DNA from: Tubiluchus corallicola
Lineage: Eukaryota; Animalia; Priapulida
Reading direction: 5' to 3'
DNA length: 64,000 bases
NCBI GenBank assembly: GCA_030141605.1
Contig: JAQGDQ010002374.1
Span: 310,001-374,000, forward strand
Position numbers and translations under genes: made by a program. The notes beneath the pieces are model-generated. The model had not been told where the DNA came from, searched no databases, and was given only the letters and a program-made list of their open reading frames with translations. This document shows positions 18,695 to 30,600 of this stretch, in pieces; the first letter of the stretch is position 1, and each line of letters opens with the position of its first letter.

Positions 18695-21600
18695 CTACAA
18701 GTGGTCCACTACAAACTGTGATAACTGATCCTGCATCGCAAGCGACGAATTGTCATATGCAGGTGGTACTCCTAGTTGCTCACTAGGGTTTTGTTGTGAT
18801 TGAGGAAGAGGCACCGTTTCACCACCTATTTGTTGCTCCGCACCCATCAAACCCGGATGAGGAGAATGTGTCGGTAAATGAGGTGACTGAGAGAGTTGTT
18901 GCCGTGGAGATGGTGTCATCATTGGTCGCTGGCGAGGTGATGCCACAGGGGGCGTGTGATTAGGAGGTGGCGAGCAAACTTGGTGCATCAGCTGCTGTGA
19001 TGAAGGGCTTGGATGTGGCGGCTGTCCATGCGCTAATAAATGGGGATTTACCGCTCGCTGATGCATCTGTCGCCCTCCTTGTGGATACGGAGGTGCTGGA
19101 GGCTGGTGAAATTGATGGGAAGCTGGCACTCTTTGACGGGGCATATTCATCATCATATGCTGCTGTTGCTGCTGTTTTAACCACTGCTGATGTGCAAGTT
19201 GTTGCTGATTTTGTGCATCCAAAGTAGAACTACCTCGGAGATTTAACATTTGCCCCGGTTTACCTCCCATTTGATTTCCGTTCATGCTCGCACGTGTTCC
19301 AAGCGTCTGATGAGCATTCAACGACATCATATGTGGGTTGTTGTTACTCATTAATTGTGATGGTTTATCGCTTGCACACATCATTGGTTTACATATCAAA
19401 CTGTGCTGACTCGATGCAATGCTCATATGATTGCCACTTAGCATGGTTGGCATGCTGCCCATCTGACCTGTGTTACAGCCAACAGTCATTGGATTTCCAC
19501 CCATACTCATCTGATTCATGGCTACAGGTTTACCACCTGATGGGTTTCCACCCATAGACATCGAATTCATGCTTACTGTTGGTGGCTGCCCGCACATCTG
19601 TGCCGAATGCCCGTCCGACAACTGACGCTGAAATTTTTGATAAAACTGCTGTTGTGTTTGCTGCGCAAGCTCTTGTTCTTTCTGTGCTGTTTTGCTCTTC
19701 TTGATGCACTGAGCCATTAGCTCAGGATTTGACTTTAAAATGCTCAGCACTTCTTCCTGCTGATTTGAAGACGGTGACTTTAGCGTTGTCAACAGTTGCT
19801 GTAATGCTTGTTGTGAACCTTGCATCTGATGCTGCTGCATATTCACTACATCTTGATTATTAATCATGACAGGAGGCTGTCCCATTCGTTGTGGATGCTG
19901 CAAGTAATTATATGGTTCAGACACATCTTTTATTATGATGATAAAATGTTATTTTCTTAAATGCATTAATTTAAAAAATATATAGTAACTATAATGTTTT
20001 CACCTGGGATGGAACACACAACTGCATGCCAGGAAGTTGGCCACGCAAAGGACTAGACTGTTGCATGCCAGTCTGTTGATTAATAAAGCCCGGTTGTAGT
20101 GGACGCATCATTTCTTGTGACACTGGTACTGAAGCCGCAGGTCCATCAGCCATGCTACCGCCTTTCCCATAACTGCCCATAGGAGAAATGTATTGTCTCG
20201 CTGCTTGTTGTCGAATCTAATGTTATAATAAACGTTATTATAATATTTATAATATATTATAAATAAATTGATTTATTAGTCTTTTGCAGTATTATCTATC
20301 TTTATATAAGTTTCCATTGAACTTGTACCTACAGTTTATTGCTTAGTTGATGACAATGAATTAGGTGAGTTTTCTCAGTGCTTCATAAAGGATTTCATTT
20401 GGAAATTTTAATCTTCAAAATTGTGTTATAAAATCACCAATTCTGGTAATAAAAACCAAATGTGCACAATACAAATAAAAAACACTAGATAATTATTTAC
20501 ATTAGTCTCATGAAATAGTTGATAAAATGTACCTGCTCGGCAGCATGAAGGGCACCAACTGGTGGTGTTCCAGGTTTGCCATTCATTTCTGGTTTCATTG
20601 CGGCACTGTTTTGGTAGTGCGGTGGTAGCGCATTAACAGGAGTGCGAGACGACTGTGGCGTTGAAGGCTGCGGGGTGGAAGAAGCACTGTCGTTCGAATT
20701 ATTACTGATCTGTCTTGTCATAATAGCCATCCGTCGACGCATCAGTTGCTCCTGAAGACAAAAATGTAAAAAAAATCACTCAAAGTATTAATAAAACCAA
20801 CAATGTGGTAGCATTGTTACAAGTGAGTTAGTCATACACAAAGTTCAAATCTAATAAATGTAGCACAAAGCTGTGTTATATGCCAACAGTGATGGAATAA
20901 GGCGAATTTGTAAAGCATAGTACAATAGAAAAACATTTGAGTATAAGCAATGCATACCAAATATCAAGGCATAAATTTTAAATCACACACTTTCTCAAAT
21001 GTACACTAAAGTCGGAAGTTTTCAACATCAGTTACCAAAGACGATTATCACAATTCTTGCTCTATTCTCATTTATTATATTTATTCATTCTAAACATATT
21101 GTGGAGTAGAATATAAGTTTTTGAGACACATTACTGCTATACTACAAAACTGTTCACTGCTGTGTAAATATATCACAAATATGAATAACGCTTTGCCTTT
21201 ACTGTCAATTGTACATTTCATTATTTTCGTCATTAAAAATACTTTCTACCGCTATTTAATTTTAAGTACATTACCTGCTGCATTCTTTGCTGTTGCTGCT
21301 GTAGTCTTAATTTTATCTTGATATTAGGGCAGAAGAGCACAGGACATCTTTCTACTCTACATAATTTAGCATGATAATAACACAAGGCAATCAACTGTTT
21401 ACATATATTACAAGCACCGGTAGCCTTCTTTTTACACGAATTAGTATGCGTCACAACTCGTCTCATCTTCTTGCAGCTAGTATTGCGACAGTTGGCGTCC
21501 CGACATTGACAAGCGTGCACCAGTGACTCAATACAACGCATGATTGATTGATAGCGTGAGTCTTGACCATTGGCTTTGTCACCACTTGCATTCTGACCAT

Positions 21601-24600
21601 CATCTAAATCCAGCCCAAGTCTTTCCATTTTGTGCTCATGTCCTGAAGTTCGGTAACACTGTACACACAAGTCAAAGTCCTGTAATAAACACACAATAAC
21701 GCCTAAATTAAAAACGTATGTATAGATAAACATCCCCAATGTATGACACTCTAAATCACCCATGAATATTAAAAGTACGGATAACTGTCAGGTTTTAGTT
21801 GACTCAGTGAGTCAGACCACATTTGGTTCATTTGCAAACAGCCGAAAAAATAATAAACACAAGAAAACAAACAATGTGCAGTGCAAACATTATTACCTCG
21901 CATACAACACAGTGGTAACGCGTTTCACATGACACTCGGCAGCTGTTACATGTGTAAACAAAACGATCCTGCCCCTGAGTATGCAACTCGTACAACATTG
22001 CTATTGTTGAATATTTGGCACGGCGAAGAGACGAAAATTCTAGATGTTTCTCACGAGCAACGGTGAGAAAGGCATCACGACCATCCATCAGATCACACGA
22101 AATTAAAGGATCAGGGTCAACTATGGGGCTAGGATCCCAGTCTAATGGTTGCAACCGAATAACGAAGAACACCTATAAAGCGAGAAGAAATTTTGAATAA
22201 TATAAAAAATTCTTGTGGCTGAATAATGTTTGGCACAAAAATTAGGTAGTTATACATATTTAGTTTCAAAATCTAACTTCAAAAACAAATGCACACACAA
22301 AATTGATAAAGCTTCCAAAATTTTTTAAAACCAAATGTGAGATTTCCCATTTTCATGCATTTACATGTAGTGTTTTACCTCCTTATGTTTGAGCATTACA
22401 CTGGAAACCTTCTGGGACAGGTCACATCCAACTGTGCTTAGACTCTTCTTACTAGATTTCCTTTGACTGGATTTAGATTTACTTGACTTCTTCTTTGAGC
22501 CCTTGCCTTTCTTCTTGCCATTGGGATTCAGAGGCTAAAATTCAGAATACATATTGAACACATGTTATATGTATCAGACAAGTTATATGCAAAATTTTCA
22601 ATATGCAGAATTCGAACACAACTATATAGACACCAATATTTAAACTGACTGCCTTACCTCCATCATATCGATGCCATCATTTGATTCCCCATTGTTTTCC
22701 ATCACCTGAGCAGCAGTGGCAGCAGCTTCCAGCGCTTCTGCCTCCTCGCGTCGCCGTTTCTCTTCCTCCTCCTGATCTAGCTCCTTAATGCTCTCTTCGA
22801 GCACATTGGGCCAGAAGTCACCCTCGAAGTAGGGCAAATCGGTGGCGGTGGTCATGTTGTTTTGTTGACAATCACTGTAGATATCCTATAAGTTATAAAT
22901 GTATTTAGTGTGTCACTGGTATCATCAGTTTAAAAAATACATTTATAATGGTATTAACTGCAAGCGAAGTAACGGACGTTAATGTAATGATGGCTTTCAG
23001 TAACAACATAAGCGGCATTTAGATATACACATTCAAGTATTACTATCATCATTAAGGTAATTACCATAAAATCAATTATGACTTGCTCTTCTTTGCATTT
23101 GTCTAACATCTTCTTATACCATTCTTGTAGACGTTTTGGTTTGGGAATCTTCTGCTCAGGTGGATGGCAATGAAAGATGTAATCATCGCCTTCGCTTGGT
23201 GGACATGCCCAAATGTGTGCCCATAGGTATCTGCCAAAGTTTGATACAAATTCAGATTTTCATTCTCCAACCAATTAATCTATGTACGGATTTACCGAGA
23301 AAAATAAACAATATAACAAACATACCCGAGCTTCCGAACGAATTCAATGTAGCCAATTAAAATTTCATGGTACACGGCTGTTCTATATTCCCTTGGTCGG
23401 AAGAAATGCACACTGTCTAAATATGATATATAGACACGCCTATGAAAAATAAAAACTTAGTTAGGAGATGCAACTTCAATATATTGTCAGTACAAAATAA
23501 AAGTTGCAGTATACAGTGCACACAATATATTACACAATATGTTTCTTCACATCGCTTAACAAAAATGTTCAAGTTTTTTTTACCGTGTGTTAGGCTGTGG
23601 AGCATCTGGCCCATACTCTTGTACGTGCATTCCGAAGAAACACACCTCGGTTCCATCAATCTCTTCAAAAGCAAAAAGAGCTTTTGCCCGATACGGAAAT
23701 GAATCAGAAAAAAGGTTTTCATCAGTGTATCTGTAGCAAAATAATAAGGGAATGTTAATAATACGAATTACTGCTTGCCAAAGCAATATTTTGCAACAGA
23801 AAATGACACATTGCAATTTTCAAACAATATAAAATTTTTTATCGTTCTCATGTCAAAAATTGTTTAATACCAAGAAATACAAATTTGTTTTACACAGTGC
23901 TTTTTAAAGTTTTCCATTCATAAAGTGATCATATATTCAAGACACTAATGGAGCAATAATAATAATGTATTCATTCCTGGTAATCAACCTGTTAGTGCAC
24001 TGAATGCATTTATTAAAATATGAAGAATTAAACACAATCATTGTAAAACTACTTATAGTATTCTTCAACAAAGTAAAAAGTCAAACAAGCAAACAGGCTT
24101 CTCAAAAAGGAAATGCTGCATAACCTACTTTGCTTTCATCCCTGGTTTAACTTCAACAACCTTGTCAGAACTGCAAACGACCCGAATGGTCACTTCGCTA
24201 CCGACGCAGCCTTTGGCTTTCAGGAATTTGTTCACCCGATTCTCAATAAATGTACCCAATTGAGTACTCTGCAGACCTATGCAAAAACAGAAGAGATAAA
24301 TTGCTAACTGCTGAAACGGAAAGCAACTACAGGATAAGAGAAATTTGAATATTTGTGATGCAACCGCATTTATCTATCAATAACTTCATAAAACAGACAT
24401 AGGTATAAATGGGATCAATAAAAAGCATCTTGCTCTAAATAATGAAGTAAAACCAAGCAACAAGAAGTTATGAAAAGTTTCTTATACACAAAGTTCCTAC
24501 AAAAAGAATGTTTAATTAACTGGTGAACTTGAAAGCAGTCGTAGAAAATTAGCATTTAATTCACCATTTTATTAGATAGAAGTAATATTTCAAAAATAAT

Positions 24601-27600
24601 TTCTATCGTGATATCATTATAAGTTATAGTTATTGTCATAACTATGTCATTATGACATTAGTCGGTTCACCACAGAACTTACGTCTTGAATTAAACTTGT
24701 TCTCTTTCCGGGATCGTCCTGCTGCTTTCAAGCACAAGGAGCAGACAAATCTGGAAAATTCATTTAATTAGTAATTGTTTGATCAAAATGATCACAACTG
24801 TAAAACATGAATATCAAAGTATTTTTCAACCCACAAAAATATCTTCAACAAAGTGAAATTATAAATTTTAGTTGACTAAGACTACAAATACTTTTAGTTA
24901 CTATACACTACTGCTAACTGAAAACAAAAATTGTGTACTCTTCTTGGAATTTAAGAATTCACTACTTTTAGTTATGAGATTTACCAGTGGAAACCTAGCC
25001 AGTACGAGAACAAAACAAAATAGATGAGTTACACACAGAAGTAACTTACCCCCCAGACCAGATCTGTGGAAAATGCAGGGAGCAGATTTGATGCAGCTTA
25101 CGGCCACATTCCAAACAGTCAACGAACGCTTCCAATTCTAACTGATCATTCTTTTTCTCTTGAAATTCTGACTTAGTTATACATCTGTAAAGAGAAATGT
25201 GTTTAATATACATATTTTGTCAAAAGAAGGTCAGCTATTCGACAAAGTGCTTAATTATTTTATTTTAGTACGATTTCTGATTGTGTAATACAATTACGAA
25301 AGAGAAACTTTGCCTATTTCATTCAATCTGACAAACCTTTTTTGTTGAAATGGAAATAATATATTCCAGGCTCCCAAGGCGAAATATTTTGAGAAACTCA
25401 GTTTAATATTTGTTTCCTACTTTCGATTCATTTCAACAGTTAGTTATCTTGTGAAAATAAAGAAATTTCAATTAGTAGACTTTCGCGATGAGTTAGCACA
25501 ACATAGTATGTGGTGTTCGGACTGTCTGACCTGACTGCAAAACTTTATGATGAGTCGACGATGGTATATGATAGAAACTAGCTTAACTATGGCTGACTGA
25601 TTGTCAAAAACTAAAATTAGAACCTGTGAAACACTGTTTTGTCAGGTTATTAATTGCTAACTATTGTTAACTATCACCGGTGGCAAAGTTCTGGGATTGC
25701 TCCTAAAGAACAATCCTTTTAAAGCCTGTACAAAGAAAGGCATTTTTTTACATGCTATTACTGGATAACCTAGAAATTACCAATGATACAACAAATATGT
25801 TGAACCATTAATGGAACTGTATGTACATTTTGTAAGAACTTTGTATGCTGACAGCATAAATTTTTACAATTAAAGGAAATGTAATAGCAATAACTCACGT
25901 TTGTGGTTGTGAAGGGTCATCGGTCAGTGTCACCGTTTCTCCAGGAAGCTCCAAAAAGCACCGCTGGCAGTACACATATCTGTCATAGAGAAGTCCCAAT
26001 TTTCTTTGACTTTATTGTTACACGAGGGCAGCACAGTCATGACATGAGCCCGGCCAGGGACAAATTAATGGGAGCAAGCACAAAGCGTGCAAGCACATGA
26101 AACAAAGACAGACAAAACATATGCAAAGTTAGAAAGCTCCAGTAACTACAAAAGCAAGAAAAATTTAAAAACAATATAAAACACAAACTGGAAAAACAGA
26201 AAAGTAATACCCCATAAAGTATAATTGTGTATGTATTAAGAAAAACAAATGTTTTAGTATGCTCACACAAACAAATAAAAACAACTAGAACTAGAGCTAC
26301 AAAACATTACATTTCCCTAGAGCAAATCACACGACTATGTATTTCGCTACTTTATAAAGAAATTGCATAATAGCATTTTGACACGTAAAGGTTGTGTTTC
26401 AGGGGAAATTTCCTTGCCTTTATTGTTTGTTGTTTGAAACAATATATACAATATATAAAACCTCAGCTACAGCAAGAATTGTTTATACAGTGCTAATGCA
26501 AACACTCATAAATGAAAAAGGTGAAAATCTCATCTACAAAAATGCACCAAGCAGACATAGTGTTCTGATGTATACTATATTTACGACACATGCAGTACTT
26601 TTACAACTCACGGGCCAGCTTAGTAAAAAATTATGCTAAAAACAAGAACCAATACAAAAAGGCAACTTATCAGGCACCTCATTCAACACAATTTGAATTA
26701 CACCTCTCATTCACATACAATCGTCAATACGGTAGGAAATGGACCCTCAATTCAAATTGCCCAGTTTAACAAAAAAATTTCTGAGAAACATGCAGTTTGT
26801 GAACTCACTGTTTACTATTTAATTTCACACAGATTTTTTTTGTCGGACAGCAAAAAGGAAAAACATTGGCAACTGTATTCTTGTTTGCATTTGCACAGAA
26901 CTTGTAATATATATTATAAATTATTAGAAAGTAAGATTGTGAGTTGAAAAATTCACTTTAAATTTTATTAGGTAGATATAAACTTTACTGACATGTTTTT
27001 AAATGACACATAATATTTACAAAACTAGTATTTCCATAAGTTCAAGTTAATTCATTTTTTAATCACTGCAATATTATTGCTGCTTCCCTTAGGAAATAAA
27101 GATTGATAAGAAAACCTACCTACTCATCGTTTAGCTCGACACAACACTGATTTAGCAATATCTTTTCCAATATTATTTGCATTGACAGAAATTTTCGGGA
27201 GGGAAAAATTTTAAAAATTGGTTGAACAGCAAAATGAAAAATTTCACTAGAGTTATTCATGAAATTCAATCAATCAATATTCAACATATGCAGATTAACA
27301 ATCCAAATTCAGCAATACATGCACACCTTTTATTCCAATTCAAGTACAAAGCGAACATGCAGAGAGCGTAGTTAAGCAACTACTCAACAATGACCTCATG
27401 CACCAGAAAGAAGAGGAATTTTCACATGACAGCCGGGCAAATGACTGACTGGCTGACTGACTGACAAGTTGAATACACAAACTAAATATACTAGCTAGGC
27501 ATAAATGTTCAATGAAAGAACTTTGAAGTTAATATAAAAGTGCTGAATTACTACCAAGTTGGTACCTAGTGTGATGTTAGCAAAATACAAGCTTTTAAAT

Positions 27601-30600
27601 AATTTTGTAAAGTATACCTGTTTAAATAACTGTAGTAAATAGCATCACGTGGTATAGTGCACAAATTCTTCCCATAGCAAAACAAAGATTGGGGTTGGAA
27701 GACCCATTTCCGGCCACAGCAAAATCCAAGACTCTGCATGACCGGATCTATTTCTTGTTCAAATACTTCTGCTAACTGCAAAGCACAGTAAAAAATAATT
27801 AGGTTGCAATTCTTTATTTCAAGAGAAATGAATTAGCAATCAGCCAGAGGTAAATGCGTAAATCACACACTACATTTATCATGATTATTATCAGTTCCAA
27901 ATAATGTCAATATTCTAGAGAAACTCAATACTCAAATACCTGCAAAATGTGCTTGAATCTTAATGGACATTTAGCAAGATTATTAGTAATAATTTTAATT
28001 AACAACAGTTATAGAGAAAGTCAATATCACGTAATTCAGACTTACCTTTGAGGAGAATTTGTAAACTCTGGTGTTTTTCTTATTATACACCCAAGCATTG
28101 TCAAACATCAACCAGACATCGTCTACATATTCCCATGGGTTCTTGTATTGACCAGTGTCCAGTTTTTGTTTTATACACGAGAGATCCATTGGGTTTTTGA
28201 TTATGTCGTAATAATCCTACAAAAAATAGTTAACTATATTTGCGGCACATTTCTGGAACAGATTACCGTCATCTACGCGGCAGCAAAACAATGGACTGTT
28301 TTAAGCAAAGACTAAAGACATACCTGTTTAGAATTTCATAAACACTGTAGTAACTATTTGTACTAGATTTGTCTCATCCTCGTTTTTATATTAGACATTT
28401 TAATACACACTTGCAACCAGAAGTAATCTAGGTAATTTCACTTAATTTTCATTTCACCTGATTGCTATTATATAAAATATTTTTCAATCTAATTAAAAAA
28501 TTTTTTGAGTGTGCTGCTAATCTATTACTGTTTTAGAATGTTTGGTTTTCTGTTTTTGACCTGTATTGATAGCATTTTACTAGTACAGTGGACTCTCGTT
28601 ATAAGAATCACCTCGGGAGAAGGCAAAGTGATTCTTATAACGAGCATGACCCAGAAATGCTTTAAAATTTTTTTATGCACATAAAATTATTTATTTCCCG
28701 AAATTACGCTAGAAACGACATGAAACAGCATAATGTTTTTCTGGCCTAAAAAGGACCTAAAACTTCCTAGACTAATGTTTTTATTTAATGGTTGGGTAAA
28801 TATTTCATGATGCCAGAATTGCCTTAAAATTTTTTTAATGCACATAATTTTTTTTCCGAAATTGTGCTGGAGATGACAGAAAACTCTACATCTACAAACT
28901 ACTACTACTGCTTGAAAAATATCGATAGCTTGCTTTGCTTCATTTCTCCTCTGGTGAGGCGGTCAATTTCGGCTCCCAGCCGTTTCAATTGAAGGTTGTC
29001 CTCGAAGCCTCGTGCCACCAATCCGAGTTTGGTTTTCCGTTTGGATGCCATTTTTCAACTGACTGACACGCAAACAAACAAATTTGAAATCTCTGTGGTG
29101 TCCGCCACGCCCACTGCGCAGAACCATGTAAACAGGTCATGAGAGACAATGGAGTTGGTGCCAAAATTGATTCTACTATCGAAAGAAGGGTGATTCTTAT
29201 ACGAGCGGATTTTCACTAGGAAAATGCCAATTCAATTCGGGAAACGCGATTTTGATTCTTATATCGAGCTGATTCTTATACGTGTGATTCTTGTAACGAG
29301 AATCCACTGTAGTTCAAGTCTGTATTTAATTTTCAAAATTTACGACTAATCGTATTTCATATTAATGTGATGAGACGCAGTGTATTGCTCGTAAAAAATA
29401 AATTATCATTATTATTACTGTTTTAAACAGAGCACAAATAGCTATTTGGAATAAAAAATAAGAAGTGTAATAAATTGCTGAGTAAAACTGCTTACTGGAA
29501 TATTGAGCAACACGGGATCGACAGCAGTCCGAAATGGAATCGACTCCGGTTGTCGACAGAGCTTTTCTAGCGTTGGCATCAAGGCTTGACGGAGTTCGTC
29601 TGGTTTGAATACTAAACAGAATAAAATTAATCTTAGCTATGGCTACATGCGTATATTTGAAAGTAACAATGTCAATCATGAGTGGAGGAACACAAGATAT
29701 AATTAGTAGGTTAAGCACAGCATTGCAACACACAAGACTTGACAAGATCTAGAAAGCAAGGAGCATTAGGGCAGACTAAAATAAATTCAAAGTACTGAGG
29801 TCAGTGTTAATGTATGGAAATGAGGCATTCAAGATGGCAAAGACAGAGAAAAAGAAATTTGGGGCATTCCAGTTTGTGCCTGAGAAGGATACTAAGTACT
29901 AGATGACAGGAGCTGGTGACAAATCTGGAGGTGGCAAACAGCATGCGGATTAATGCAGTGCGCGATGAACTTAGGAAGAAGAGATGGAATTGAATTGGAA
30001 GGAAGAAGGGCAAGAGGTAGACCAAGAACAACATGTAAAAAGGCAAAATGGAAGCAGAAAGGAGTTACGCAGGGTGAAAGAGCTAGAGTGCAGTCAAAGC
30101 AGTGGCAATAAACAGAAGGGTTTGGAAGACGAGTGTCACGGGCTTATGCCCTTCATGGTGTAGAGAGAATTAAGTATGCTAAGTGTATGACTGAATTCTG
30201 AAAACTTTAAACCTGCAATGTGTGTAAGACAACTTACAATGCTCTATTTTGTGTTTAACTACTGGTGATTTGAATACCAAAAAGAGAATAAAATTAATCT
30301 TAACTATAACAGGGTTCCCACAGAATTTTAAAATAAATTTCCCTGACTCTTTCATGACTTTTGTCTGACCAAATATTGCTTTTCTATGATAAAGAGAAGC
30401 AGGAATTGCATTACCAGTCAAACATTCAAACATTTTTGGATATGGACATTCATACATATACTGATATATAATGTGTCTGCCAATCATTATTTTTGGAACA
30501 GAAATCGAAACTGGGAGCCTACCATAGCAACATTTTATTTGAACACTAATCGCTGAAAAATATGTTTGGAAAAATACTTGTTCACGGTGATTATTTTTGC

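Noticed and set aside
19898-19926. AAG acceptor at 19927 for the last CBP exon (ORF-track start MSEPYNY)
   Set aside because: It needs phase 1, but the preceding CAG|GTGAAA donor is phase 0; TTGCAG at 19898 fits.
27117-27147. Additional CBP cassette exon ending at GTAGGT
   Set aside because: The frame-preserving acceptor/donor pairs put TAA in frame and the acceptors are weak; insufficient support.
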